A DNA stretch of 64,000 nt from Camelus ferus (GCF_009834535.1 NC_045697.1:18850001-18914000); one strand, 5' to 3'; counted from the stretch's first letter, positions 1-13,305 are shown. Translations and numbers: made by a program. The notes: generated by a model from the sequence alone, not told the origin.

Positions 1-20
1 CATCCTTAATATCTACCTAG

Positions 21-80
21 CATGGATGCATGGATGCATGGATGCATGGATGGATGGTGGGTGAATGGATAGATGGATGA
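21..80 (+). repeat. (TGGA)n/(CATGGATG)n simple repeat
   Basis: catggatgcatggatgcatggatgcatggatggatgg…. Confidence 0.85.
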
Positions 81-164
81 CTGTCATAGCTGCTGAAAAA
101 TGATACCCAGGTCTTCATAAGCCATCTAGAGTACTTCTTTTTTAGATGTATTAATACATTTTTT

Positions 165-780
165 TAAAGTCTAAAGTTATCATATGGTAAAATCGACTTT
201 TGTGGGTGTATATATAGAGTTCTATGAATTTTAGGGTATGTGTAGATTTTGTGTACTCATTACCATAATCAAGTGACAGAACTATTCAATTATCATTAAA
301 TCCTCCCTCACTTTCCTTTACAGTCACACTGTCCTCTACCTCAACCCCAGGTAATCACTGGTCTGCTCTCCATCACTATCATTCTGTCTTTTGAGAATGT
401 CACATAAAGGGAACCATACAGTGTGAACCTTTTAAGACTAGTCTCTGTCATTCAGTATAATGCATTGGAGTCCCATTCAAGTTGTTGTGTGTATCAATAG
501 TTTGTCCTTTTCATGCTGAGAAGTATGCCTTTGTGTGGCTGAAGCACAGAGAATTTATCCACTCACCTACAGAACACAATTTAGGTTGTTTCCAGTTTAG
601 GGCAATTAATTAAGTAGAGCTGCTATGAACACTCATGTCCAAGTTTTTATGTGAACCTATGTTTTACTTCCTCTAGAGCAAATTCCCAGGAGTGGTATTG
701 CTGAGTCTTATGTATATAACTTTTTACGAAATTGCCAAACTGTTTTCCGGAGTGGCTTTGTCGAACATTCTCACCTTTGC
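165..780 (-). mobile_element. Old L1M (L1MC/ME-like) 3' end fragment
   Basis: Typical antisense L1 3' sequence (…ttgtgtgtatcaatagttt…ggagtggtattgctgag…aaattgccaaactgttttcc…). Confidence 0.8.
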
Positions 781-2481
781 ACTATAAAAACTTTAAAAAA
801 ACCAAAACAAAACTCCTTTTTCCCCTCTCTTGGGATAGGATCCTTTTCCCAGGCTTCCCTTTTCTGACTTCCCCTCTCTGCGCCCTGCAGAAGGCCAGAA
901 TGCCTGCAGGTGCCTCCCTGAACTCCGGGGCTCGGGAAGCAGCTATCCATAAGGGGCATTGGAAGATGTACCCCCTCCAAGCCTCTCCCGCTTGGCTTTT
1001 GAATGTCCTCCCTTCCAAGCACCAGATTCCATCTTTCATCCTTGTGAAAAAGCAGATGTTCAGGATTGGGACACAATAGGCTCTTATCAGTCATATTCTC
1101 CTTAGAACAAACCCCATCTGGGTTTTCCTGAGTGTGGACCTTGTCCGGGAAATAGAGAAACCAGGGGAGTTGGGTATCTGGAGGGATGCAGCGCTGTTTG
1201 TCTGTCAGCCCTGTTCATCTGAAGCAGCTTTGCTCACTCACACTGACTCTCAGTAACTGGCCAGGGTGACCCCCGCCCCGCCCCTTCTTTTCCCTATAAT
1301 CTACCAGTTCTCCCCTCTTGTTTCACAGCAATGAACACAGTGCAACTGGTTCCTTTCACCGAACCTTTCATATTGCATGATTAGCACAGAGACCCAGGCT
1401 AGACACTTTTGGATTAGGGGATTATCAGATCCCAAGTGCAGCGGCATCTCACATCATGGCTTCTTCCCTTGGGTCTAATGTATCCCTCGTAACTTGACTC
1501 CAAGATGGTGGTGGGGAGGTGGGGAATACTGATATAATACAGGCTACTAGATCGAAGATGGTCCTGCCCCCTCAAGACTTTGGAAGAGGCACCACGGCCT
1601 CTTAAAATAATCTATGCATAATAATTCAAGCCCCATGCTCTTTATTTTATCTGCGATTTAAACATTACTCTGACAATGAGATATGATGATGTCAGACCTC
1701 ATAGCCACAAATCATGAAGTTATTTGAGTTGCTTCACTCTTGACCAACTTCACAAACACGGGGGATGGAAAGAAGAGGCTCCTTTTTTGCCTTTCTCTCT
1801 TTGTGAAATCTTGACATGCTGCAGATCCACATTCTTCTCCTGGGCCTTTGGCCAGCCTGGCGGTGGTGCAGTCCATCAGTGGAGCACTGGCCTCTGAAGC
1901 TGGGAGGGTCACGTGGGCCCAGGCCTGCTGGTGCTTGCCTGCTGGAGGTGGTGTTTCAGGTAGATCTGCCCCACAGATCCCCTCTGACTATCCTGCCCTG
2001 CTGGCTGCTTCCCTGACTGGCCTGCTGGGGTTTCCTTATTTCACAATGCAAATCATTCATAGGCTTTGTAGCTCAGAGACCTGCATGCTGTGGCCCCTCC
2101 TATACTGACAGGGTTATAGGCACATCAGAACCTCATTTGCCCCCTAGCTGGGCCTTGCTACCTTGTCCCTGGGGCATCTAGACTAGATAGCAATGAGGAG
2201 GGAGGACCGGGGTGCAGGATGAAGGTGTTTCTGAGGATGGTGATTCTGATGGGGTCACAACACAAAGATCCCATTATCGGAGGAGGGGAGAGTGCAGATG
2301 AGGACTACAGGATCTACTGTACACTCTTAATCCCCAGCCCTTCTGAATGACCTTGACAATGAGGACAAGGGAAATGGCCCCTGCCTTTCCTTGCTGGGAC
2401 TTCCCTGCATCAGTGAAGTTATCTGCTTAATGACAGGGAAAGGCGACCCTTAAAATGTGTTCTCCAAACAATAAGCTAAAG

Positions 2482-2705
2482 CAGGGCTTGGCAAACTTTT
2501 TCAGTGAAGGGGCAGAGCGTAAATTTTTTTGACTTTATGAGCGTTGTGTTGTCTGTTGCAACTACTCAATTCCACTTAGAGCATGAAGGAAGCAAGACTA
2601 TATATAAAGGAATGGGCATGGCTGTGTTCCAATAAAACTTTATTGATGAAAACAGACAGTGAGCTAGACTTGGCCCATGAATGGGTCATGGTTTGCTGAC
2701 TCCTG
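2482..2705 (-). mobile_element. MER58A-like hAT-Charlie MITE
   Basis: Terminal inverted repeats cagggcttggcaaac…gtttgctgactcctg; internal ggctgtgttccaataaaactttatt is characteristic of MER58A. Confidence 0.85.
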
Positions 2706-2936
2706 TTCTAGGGGATGGCAGATAAGCCAGAGAAAGATTCCAGGTTCCTATCCTATCAGCTCTAGATTACTTATATTTAGTCTGTTGGGTGAGAGGGAGA
2801 TAAATATCTAACCTGTTAAAGCAGCTGTACTGTGGGGTGTCTTTGTTACAGCAGCCTATCCTGCCCTTGTTTGGCTTATGCTCTGTCTAAAACCTGTACT
2901 TGATCTCCACCTTCGCAGAGAGACCTCCCCCAACCA

Positions 2937-3372
2937 CCTCATCTAAAATAGCCCCTCCCATCCTCTCTAGCCCCTTAACTTGCTTGATTTTTTAATTTTA
3001 TCTGTTACTATATAACATTAAATATTTTTTAAATTGAAGTGTAGCTGATTTACAATAATATTAAATATCTTAAATTTTTTTTTATGGTCTATATCTCCCA
3101 GTAAGTTCTATGAGGGCAAGGAAATGACCAATTTTAATGTTGTGCTCACATACCTGGGACGGGGGTATCACGTGTGATGAGTGAACGAATGAAAAAATGA
3201 ATCAATTTAAAGGATCTGGAAAGCTCAAAATATGAGAAACAAAAACAGGCGTCCAAACTTTTTTCATCTACCCCCCCATCAGCCCCCAATTTTTGAGCAT
3301 GTATCCCTACTATAGGGTATTTATTTATTTCTAAAGTATGTATGAATTTTAAAAGGACAAGGTGAAAAGGAG
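2937..3372 (+). repeat. Copy A of a local duplication (L2 3' end + Charlie4/MER113-like fragment)
   Basis: Colinear with 5822-6279, sharing e.g. ttctatgagggcaaggaaatgacc, cctgggacgggggta and ttttgagcatgtatccctactatagg. Confidence 0.9.
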
Positions 3373-5009
3373 AAATAGAACTTCCTAGGTATCAATGAAT
3401 TTTCTCAGGTACCCTCTTTGGAGCTCACTGAATTAGGAGTGATGTAAGAGAAGGCCTAGATCGAAGCTGGCATTGGAGACGGAGAAAGAACGCAGGCACC
3501 AGCGCATATACACAGTGATTTATTGGATCCCCGAGAAAATCTCTGAGGGCATTGTCCTTCCCCGCATCTTTGCTGATGCTCCCTGTCACCCCTGGGGAAT
3601 GGTTCAAGGAGCTGACCCTCCTGAACAACTGATGTAGAATCTGGGGGAAGACCCCAGCCATGAAATAACAACAGCACATGAACAGGCATTAGGACCAAGT
3701 AGAACCTTTTCTACTTTTCTTTAGCACAGGAGCTTGGGAGTGAGGATGGCATCTTCTTTCCTTTAATTTCTAAGTTGTCTGGAGTGCCTGCTGCTACTTT
3801 TATTTTAAATAGACCAGCTCTCATTCATTTATTAAACACACTCCACATGCTGGGCACCATGCTAAGCTGGGAGTTGAAATAAAAAAGCAAGTTTCTCAAA
3901 ACCTCCCTTTTAAATGAGAGGGGGAAAAAAAACCAAGGGAGGAGCACTCATGTGGAATGATCTTTGTTGCTTACGGAGCATAGAGAGCACTTTGCCCAGC
4001 ACTGAATGTTCTAGCGCCTAACACTGGGGTCAGCCCCGCAGGAGTGGTGAGCAGCTGCTCCCTGGAACATTTACCTTGCTCTCCCTTGGGCCTCCTCCTG
4101 CTCCTGTCTTGTTGGCAGTTTGCTTCTTTTGCTCAGCCTGCCCCAGCCTGCTCTTGCTCCTGGCCACCTTGCGAGGCGCTTTTTTATGGTTAATGTTTTC
4201 CACGCCGTGTCTGTTCTCTGAGTGTCTTTCTTGCTTGCTTTATTAAAACTGGATATGCTAACATTGGGTGTTTTCATCTTTACTGACACGTGGAAAAACA
4301 GCTTGTTTGTTATAATTCCTTCTTCCCAGGACTCAGGCGTGAGTCCCTGGGGGCTGATCACAGGGCAGACTGTGGAAGTGGGTCTCATGTTGAGTTCCAG
4401 CCCTCCCTCCGCACTAATCCTGCGGAGCTTGGATCATGTCTGCGCTCTTGACTTTACCTGGGGTGAGCTTCTGTTCTTCACGCAGATAGGTCCTGATAGG
4501 ATTCTCCGCACTGCTCTTCCAGAGATGCAGCTGAATCCTGGAGGAAATGCCCGTGGCAGTGCCCACGAAAGCATACGAGAGTGTTACATGGTTCTGTTGA
4601 AAGAGCAGGGGCTTTGCCGTGAGCAAGAGCTGGAACTGAAAGTGCTTTCATCACGTGCTCAGTGTGTGCCCTTTCTGAGCCTTGGGTCCCTTATCTTCAT
4701 GTGACAGAGAAAGAAGAAAAGATACTAGATTATGAATACTTGCACTCTCTCCACACACACACACACTCCACAATACAACACACCTGAAATGAGCAAGCAT
4801 TCTTTGCCTGTGTAATCAGTCACTGGGCTTTAGATGTGTTCCACCAGGGTGAGACGGGGAGAGGTAAATTAAAGAAACCAGAAGAAGCCAGATTACATTA
4901 TTGAAGAAAGATAGGGAGGGGCGGTGGTGAGCCAGAAGGGGGCAAGTGGGAGCCTTTTTCCTGGCCATTTACAAGGACACGGGAGCTGTGGAGCTGGGGC
5001 TTAGAAGAT

Positions 5010-5400
5010 GGGTCATTTTGCATCTTCCAAGAAGCAGATGCCCAGATGGAATTAGCAGTAGAGAGATTTGTTTGGGGAAATGCCTGTAAAATAAAAGAGA
5101 GAGGAAGTGGGAAGAACAGGAGGGAAGTTTGACATCTGTGAAGAAACTTAGAAGGAAGGAGGTTGAATGAAAGCTTTCGTCTGCAGTGCAGCTCTGAGGG
5201 AGTCTTGGCCAGGCTGATGGGAGCCCCAGAGCCCAGACTGCCCGGGAGAGGAGGCATGCACTGGCAGCAATGGCTGGGCTCAAGTACCCTCCACCACGCA
5301 CACTGGCTGGGAGCAGCCCAGGGAGGGATGGCCTTACTCTTCTTGCTGTCAAAGGTGCCAAAGGTGCCAAAGGTGCTGCAGCACAAGGCTGTCAGCTACC
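5010..5400 (-). mobile_element. LTR16-like ERVL solo LTR fragment
   Basis: aagcagatgcccagatggaattagcagtagagagatttgtttgggg…ggaagtggg pattern resembles antisense LTR16. Confidence 0.55.
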
Positions 5401-5529
5401 GCATGTTCATTCTCGATGGGAGACTAGAGACGCATGCTCCCATGTCTGCTGTAGATGAAGGGGTAAAGACGGCTCTCGCCCTATACACCGTCATGGCTGC
5501 AGGGTTGATAGTCACTGTTCAACTGGCCG

Positions 5530-5821
5530 TGTTACTGTTCTATTGCTGCTCTGACAATTACCAAATACTTTGTGGCTTAAAACAGCACAACTTTACATCT
5601 TATAGGTCTATAGGTTGGAAGTCCAAGAGCAGTCTCACTGGGCTAAAGGTAAGTGTTGGCAGGGCTGTTTCTTTCTGGATGATCTAGGAGAGGATGTGTC
5701 TCTTGGTCTTTTGCAAGCTCTGAAGACTCATGGTTGGCTTCCTCCATCTCCAAAGCCAGCAATAGCCAACGAGGTCTTTACATCATCTCATTGCTTTGGC
5801 CTTTCTTCTGGGGTCACATCT
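5530..5821 (-). mobile_element. MLT1 (MaLR) LTR, truncated
   Basis: ctattgctgct…acaattacc…gtggcttaaaacagcacaac…ctcactgggctaaa…gtgttggcagggctg. Confidence 0.8.
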
Positions 5822-6279
5822 CCTCATTTAAAATAGCACCTCCCGTCACCTCTAGCCCCTTGACCTGCTTGACTTAATTGTATCTGTATATTTTATATTA
5901 GATATAAAATATGATATTTTACATAAAATATTTTACATAAATATAATATAAAATATTTTACATAATTTTCTTACCATCTATATCTCCCAGGAAATTCTAT
6001 GAGGGCAAGGAAATGACCGATTTCAGTGTTGTATTTGCACACCTGGGACGGGGGTAGAACAATATGGGCTGAATGAATATCTGATGAGTGAATGAATGAA
6101 AAAAATGAAAAAATGTAAAGGGTCTGGAATACTCAAAATATGAGAGACTAAAACAGGTTTTCAAACATTTTTCATTTATCCCCCATCAGCCCCCAGTTTT
6201 TGAGCATGTATCCCTACTATAGGATATTTATTTATTTCTAAATTATGTATGAATTTTAAAAGGATAAGATGAAAAGAAG
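5822..6279 (+). repeat. Copy B of the local duplication
   Basis: Colinear with 2937-3372 across the same L2/hAT junction. Confidence 0.9.
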
Positions 6280-7444
6280 TAACATATTGGAGAAAAGCCC
6301 TACAAAGGCAATGCTTATAGGAAGTCCTTTAGACAGAGCTCAAACATTGATCCACATTTCAGAATTCCCAGGTAAATAATGGAAGGTAGAGAAGACTTTA
6401 ACAGACACTGGCAATCCATACATTGACCAAACCCTACAAATAAAAAGAACATAGAGACCCCGTTAGCCCGTGTCACTCCTTACTCATATCAGAGGATTCA
6501 TGCTGGGGACTGAAGGTGAAACTTTTCTTAGTTACAGATTTCATTGGTTTAATATCAGCCAAGTCACAGCCATGGGGAAACTGAATTTGGCCATGTCTTT
6601 TGTGAGAGCTCAACCTTACTGACAAGCAGAGAATTCTAACTGGGGAGAAGTCCAAATCACGGAGCAAGTGAGTAATTTGAATACACAGGTAGCGAAGTGT
6701 GAGAAATGTGAAGAAATCCATTTGTCTACGTAAAGCCATGGTTTTCACTACCATTTCACAGAAAGTATTGCTAAAGCCAAACAGTAAGGATGCTGAGGAC
6801 TTCTGTCTTTGAGTCAAAATCAATTGAGGCAGCGGCTGCAGACAGGCATCCGTCCGCTGCTACTGCAGCAAGTGTAGAAGCAGCTACTTGGTTATAAGGA
6901 AAGCTTATCGCGTTTGTTTTTAAAAGCCTTGCCTTTTAATAATGCGTATTACAGGAATCATGAATACATTTCTTTTTTTTTTTTTAATGGATAAAGTTAT
7001 GAGTCGATTCCAAATGTCTCTGAGGAGGTTCTGAAAAACAAATCACTCCAGAATGAAAAGTTTCCAAGTGAGGGGAGTCCTGATACACAGCGAGGCTCTG
7101 ATTCCTCCTCGACTCCCCATCCGTCTCCCACCCCAGTGCAACCTTCAGTAGAGAGTCACGTAGCCTTCAGTGCCAGCAGGTCAAACTGGTGCTTCTTTCA
7201 AGGTGGCCTTGTTTTATTTGGGTTGTGGGTAAAAGCGCGATTAACATCTACCTTTCAGAGAATACAAAAAGCAAAACAACACAAAAATCTACCTTTTCGT
7301 GTTATGAGGAATAAATCAAGGCATGTGGAATTGCTATACTGAGCACCTAACATGTACCTGTCACTATTCCATGTGGCAGGAATGAAGCAATAAACGGACG
7401 GATGTGGTCTTGCCCTCAGGGATCTTAATAAGTGGTCATTGTTC

Positions 7445-7585
7445 TTTTTGTGGGGTGGTGGTGATTAAGTCTATCTATCTATCTATCTATTTTAGTGCCC
7501 TTTTTCTAATGGAGGTACTAGAGTTTGAACCCAGGACCTCGTGCATGCTAAGCACTCACTCTACCACTGAGCTATAACCTTGTCC
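7445..7585 (-). mobile_element. tRNA-Ala-derived SINE (vic-1-like)
   Basis: Reverse complement of tatagctcagtggtagag…cttagcatgcacgaggtcctgggttcaaa; (TCTA)n in the tail. Confidence 0.85.
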
Positions 7586-8318
7586 TCATTTTTCTTCAGT
7601 TTAGGAGATAATTCAACCAAAAGGAAATTTTGGGTCTCCTTGCAATCCTGATTTCACACCTGCACAGACAAGCAACCCCCTTGATTGACGTGACATTGAT
7701 TAGTTGTGATAATAAGAATCTTGGCTAATGGTTGCTGCTTGCACTTGAGGGGTTTTGGGGTGTTAATGTGTTGACTCCTCACATCATGCCTATAAATCAA
7801 GTGTCTGCGTTATCCCCATTCTAAAGATAAGGACAAAGGAGCACAGAGGTCTTGAAGCACTTAGCAAAGATTGGGCAGAGGTGAGATTTAAACCAGATGT
7901 TGGCCTTCAAAGCTGCTACTCTACAGAGACACCACTTTACCACCGGAGTGAAAAGGCCCCTTCCCTCGGGAGAGAAAAGTGCTATCTAATGACCCTGCCC
8001 ACGCAGCCCTTAACGAGTTAACTGTTGGACAAATGTTTGCTTTTCATAAAACGAACCTTAATGCCTTTATCTTTCCAAATGTGTGTAGTGCCGACAAGGC
8101 CGTTCAGGGAGCCAGGGAACAGAGGCAGGCCGAGTAAGCCTTTATTTACATTTTGAGAGGACTGTCCAGCGCTTTTCTTGTCCACAGAAGAACGCTAACA
8201 TTTGGGTTCCCACCACTGTCTGGGGCTGCTGCTCCCCATCCCCTCCGCTGCCAAGACAGAAAGCCCCCTTCATGCTCAGGATGTTGGGATTGCCTCTGCT
8301 CTCAGTTCCAGATATTTT

Positions 8319-8548
8319 TGTTTGTTTTTGTGTTTTATTGAAGTATAATTGACTTACAGTGTTGTGTTAATTTCCAGTGTACAGCATACTGATTCAGTTA
8401 TACAGAAAGATATATATATGTATGTATATATATATTCCTTTTCATATTCTTTTTCATTATGGGCCATTACAAGGTACTGAATGTAGTTCCCTGTGTTACA
8501 CAGCAGACCTTGTTGTTTATCTATTTTATATATAATAGTTAGTACGGA
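8319..8548 (-). mobile_element. 5'-truncated lineage L1 3' UTR with TSD cagatatttt
   Basis: ttttattgaagtataattgacttacagtgttgtgttaatttcc…; TSD at 8309-8318 and 8549-8558. Confidence 0.85.
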
Positions 8549-9939
8549 CAGATATTTTCTATGCCAATGCCAGGAATAATTCTCCAGCAGATTGCCGTGT
8601 TACTCCTTCATTTGTTGCCCTGGTTAATTTTTCTCCTACTGCCCTATTCATTTCTTTTGTGAATGACATATCTTTTCTGGATTCATTCCTGTCTACTTTT
8701 TTTCTCTTTGCTCATTTAGTTTTTTTCTTCCTGTTATTCAAGGTTAATAGTGATATTAATGTCTTCTGTTTGAATAGTGCTCTCTGAATTACAAATGCTT
8801 TCATTCACTGACTTTAATCGTCTCCACAGTTTCATGAGATGGGTATTTTTACACCCATCATACAGATGAGAAAACTGAGACCCAGGTGATTTTGGTGTTT
8901 TGTCCAATGCGATTGTGGTGGATGCTTGTTGTTTACCTGGCATCCATTTCCCCTTTTTTTTAAACACTGTCCCAATTTTTTTGGCTTCGACTTCCCCGGT
9001 CTCAGGGCGTGAGGTCCCTGTGAGGCTGAATCAGTCAATGGTTCCACAAACGGATATTAGAGTAACACACCACCTGAGCGTCACTGCAGATTGGTCAGTG
9101 ACCTCCTCAGAGGCAACCCAAACTCATCCTGGGAGCGTTTCTGAGAAAGGCCTTCTTTTTTACTGCTTGTGAAGCTGGAGGACCCACAGGAGGAAAGAGA
9201 TGACTGAAAACGGAGCTGATGCAGAAGGACGCGGAGTTGAAGACAGTTGGCTTCTTTATAACCTGGATCCAGCTGGAAGTTTCGGCTCAGCGAGCCAAGA
9301 CCCACCCCTTCTGACTTAAGCCAGGTGAGCTGGGTTTCTGTGGCCAAGTCCTGATCACAGCCCACATGCACAAAAGCAGCCCAGCCAACGTGACCCAGCT
9401 CACCTGATTCCGCCCCTGGTGTGTTTGCTCTTCCTCAGAGCCACCTTCGAAGGACCAGCTGTCCCACCCATCTGAGGGTGACTGGAGAGCACAGGGGCCA
9501 CTTCATTGTGATGTCACCCCCTTACTGCTCCCCAGCACCGCCAAGAACTTCATGTTTCTCCCAGCAGCTGCACTTCTACCTGTTTAAGGCTTTTCTCTAA
9601 TATCTTTCCAGTGATAAAAACAGAGTAAAAATGTCCAGCCTGTAAACCTCAGGTCACCCATTTCTCATTTTGAGTAGAATGGTGACCTTTCTCATTTTTT
9701 AAAAGCTTCCTTTGTCCTTCTGAAGAACTAAAAAATAATAGTTCATAGCTTTGCAGTAGCATTTTCCAATCCCCTGGGTACCTTAGAATAAATGCCATCA
9801 AGCTCAGCTAACTGGAGTGTGTTCAACTTCTAAATACTCTCAGCCATTCTATTTGTAGAGACAGAGATTAAGGAGAAAACAGTAAGAGCTGCCAACCTTA
9901 GTGATGATATTTTTGTTTATTTCTTTTGCATTTTAAAAA

Positions 9940-11340
9940 TTTTTCTCAGATTTTTATTACAATATTAATACATATTTCCTGCAAAATTTTAAAATAAAGA
10001 ACATAAAATTAAAAACATACCCCCACCCTCCAATAGTTCAATTCTCCAGAAAATAATCACAGAACAGGGAATCCAGAAATATAACAAATTATATTTGAAT
10101 CTTTCCTACTAATTTCTTTTGCATTTCAAACATATTCTTTGAAGAAATGAAAAGTACATATATTTATAAAAATACTCCTTTTCCCCACTCTCAAATTTCA
10201 CTCCCTTAGGGCAGCAATTGGATATTTTGTACTGTTCTGCAATAGTTTTGATTTTTACTTAAGATTATATGATGGATCAACATACGTTGTTCTACTCCAT
10301 TCTTTCCAAATGTTACATGATAGTTCATAGTCTATTTATACCATAATTTATTTAATCATTCTCCAGTTGATGAGCACTTAATTTTTGTCTATTTTCTATA
10401 ATTATAAACAATAAAGCAACAAATATCCTCATATATGTTATCTTTATACACAGGCACAAGTATTTCTGAAGGTTCAGTTTCTAAAAGTGGAATTTCTGGG
10501 TCATAGACGAAATATATATGTACTTTTTCATTTTTTAGATATTGTCAAATAACACTCCAAAAATGTTTTATCAGTTTATACTGTCATCAAAATTGTATAC
10601 TTTGCATACACTTTTTATATAAAGTACCTATTTCTCAACATCCTTGCCAATACCAGAGGTAATCAATTTTTTATATTTTTGCCAGACAGCAGGTGGAAAA
10701 TGAAATCTTGTTGCGACTTTAAATCCTTTTCTTTTACTATTGGTAGCAGTTTGCTCTTTTTAATATTTACTAACCATTAATATTTCTTCAGTGAATTTCC
10801 TTAATATGTCATTTGACCATATTCCTATTGAGTTGTTTGCCTTTTTCTTACTGATTTTGTAGGAACTCTCTATATTGTTTTTTGTTTGTTTGCTTGATCT
10901 CAGGTCCCCTGAAAGCTTTTAGATTATTGGATTACTTACATTGTGATCCATGGTTATTTATTTTATTCTAATTTTCCAAATAGAAGAGTTCCCCCCATTT
11001 TTAGGTAGTCAAACTTGTCAGTTTTTCCTAATATAGTGGTTTTCTTGGTTTCACTTCATCATTAGGAAAATCTCCTGCAATCAATAATTGATTTTTCTCC
11101 AATACATTTTAACCCTTTTAATTTTATTTTTATTTTATTTGGTATGAAGTAGGATCTTCATTTAAATTTAATAAATTGGTTGTCAATTATTGCAACATAC
11201 TCTGTTGAATAGCAGTTCATTCTTTTTCTTTTGATTTGAAATACCACCTTTATCATATTTCCTAAACCTGTCTTTATTCTGTTTCTGGACGCCCTGCTCT
11301 CTTCCAGGATTATACATGCATATTCTGAACCAGCGTTGCC
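9940..11340 (-). mobile_element. Old L1ME-like fragment
   Basis: AT-rich, degenerate antisense L1 ORF2 3'/3' UTR motifs (aaaagtggaatttctgggtcata, tttgaaataccacctttatcatat). Confidence 0.7.
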
Positions 11341-11374
11341 GTATATCTGTGCTCTAAGTTACCCATTACATGCA

Positions 11375-11560
11375 GCGTATGGTCAAAGCACAGACCCTGG
11401 AGTCAACTGACTGCCTGGCTTCAAGTCCTGGCTATACCATTTACTAGCTGTGTGACTTTGGGCAAGGGACTAATCCTTTTTGGACCATGCTTTCCTCATC
11501 TGGAAAATATGACCAATAATAGTATCAGTTAAGATAAGATATGGCGAGCATTTAATTGAA
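11375..11560 (+). mobile_element. MIR SINE
   Basis: ttcaagtcctggctataccatttactagctgtgtgactttgggcaag…tttcctcatctggaaaat core. Confidence 0.85.
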
Positions 11561-12317
11561 TGCCTGGCTCATTAAAAGTGGTATATTCCTAGGGAACGTC
11601 AAGTCCAAGACCCACTACGTGCCCTGTGCTCCTTTTGTGGATATATTTTTAAATCTCCATTTGGAAATAATAATGAATAAGATTTAGAAATATTAAGAAA
11701 CTTGCCTAATGTGTGATGTGGTGGAACCCTGGTCCTAAACTGTCTCAGGGTAAGATAAGTGCTCTTTCCTCTCTGTCATCCTCCTTTTAAACACCAGGCA
11801 CTGTGCAGCAATGGTAATTTTTGACTCCTGTTTTTCTTATATCGTGTTTGTATTACTAGCCCCTGGATCTGAAATCAGCTTTCCCCAAACTGTTGCTTTT
11901 TACCCTTTCTTGACCCCCTGGTTTCCATGCAGTGGAAGGATGCCTGTGTCAGTTTGTTCTCCTAAGGGATTTCCCTTGCACTAAGAATTGGGGAAAACAA
12001 ACGAACCAACCCTAAAACAGGAATACATTTTCTATTCTCATGGTTTCATACCTATGTTATCAAAAACAATATTCAGCATAGGCTGTTGACCAAAACTTAC
12101 AATTATTTTAATTCTACCGAACTTTTAAAATGGTATTCCTGGTAATAGATTTGGTCACTGTGCCCTCGGTTTGCCTTCTGCTCTGAGTTCCCAGGACATC
12201 CTACACTCTGCCACCCTCTGCTCTTTTTGGCAATTTGATGGGCATCCTCTTCAGCTGGTTCCAATGCTTTGGGGATTGTTCTTTCCTGGATCAAAGATCC
12301 TTTATGTTGAAAACCTA

Positions 12318-13149
12318 CTGGCAGAGACTAGCTAGATGCTCACCAATCCAGTTTCCTTTTCCTAAACACATGGGAAAATTATATGCCCTGCCTTCCCTTG
12401 TGGGTAGATCGGGGCCTCATGCTGAGTTATGGCCAGTGGAATGTGATCAGAAGTGATACACACTACTTTCAGGTCTGACAATAGACTACAATGTGTGTGG
12501 TGGTTAATTTTATGTGTTATTTTGATTGGGCCACAATTTCCCAATATGTGCTCAAAAATTGTTCTGGATGTTTCTGTGAGGGTATTTTGGGGTGAGATTG
12601 ACATCTAAATTGGTGGGCTTGGAGCAGAGCAGATTGCTCTCCATAATGTGGGTAGGCCTCATCCAGTCAACTGAAGGCCTGAATAAAACAAAAGACTGGC
12701 ATTCCTGCAGCAAGACGGAGTTCTGCCAGCAGACGGCCTTCACCTTTGACCTGCTGCCTCAGCGCTTGCCCAGTCTCCAGCTCACCCACCCAACCTGCAG
12801 ATTTTGGAATTGCTAGACTCTATAATTACGTGCACTAACTCTTTAAAGTAAATCTTTCCATATACACACACATTTTACTGATTCTGTTTCTCTGCAGAAC
12901 CCTAACTGCTACAGTGTGCCATTCTCCATGCTATTTTGTTCCTCAGCTGCATGGCTGGAAATAAAGTTCTCTAAGATGACAGAGCCACGTGGTAGAAGGA
13001 GCTTGGATCCCTGAGTTATCATAAAAGGCACTCTGTCCAATAGCATCATCTGACTGTATCAGACTTTGTATGAGCTAGCAGTAAATGTCTTTTTGTTAAG
13101 TCATTGAGACATGTTACAGCAGCTAGAGTTACTTGTCCTAACTAATATA
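12318..13149 (+). mobile_element. MLT1 (H/I/J-like) LTR interrupted by an MLT2
   Basis: 5' part …ggccagtggaatgtgatcagaagtgat…; 3' part …gttacagcagctagagttacttgtcctaactaata. Confidence 0.65.
12496..12913 (+). mobile_element. MLT2 (ERVL) solo LTR
   Basis: tgtggtggttaattttatgtg…ctgtttctctgcagaaccctaactgctaca; TG…CA termini; 5-bp TSD atgtg/gtgtg. Confidence 0.9.
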
Positions 13150-13305
13150 CTTAGATACATTATTGTCTGGAAAATCCAATGAAAAGGTCTGACCTTTCTG
13201 AAATTCTTTCTTGAGACTAGGAATTTTGCTTGGAAGATATCCTGACCTTGGAGATCTATCACACTTGAGTAATAATCCTGGGGCTGAGTCTATCTGATCC
13301 TAATA

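Noticed and set aside
1..2400. Possible CCKAR first exon or promoter (expected neighbour by recalled human synteny; GC-box ccccgccccgcccc at ~1270)
   Set aside because: No CCKAR-like coding sequence (MDVVDSLL…) found on either strand; a lone GC box is insufficient.
4071..5687. Cluster of 105-174 aa ORFs
   Set aside because: Several have non-ATG starts or overlap LTR16/MLT1 fragments and a 9-bp triple repeat (caaaggtgc, 5350-5376); no recognisable homology or exon structure.
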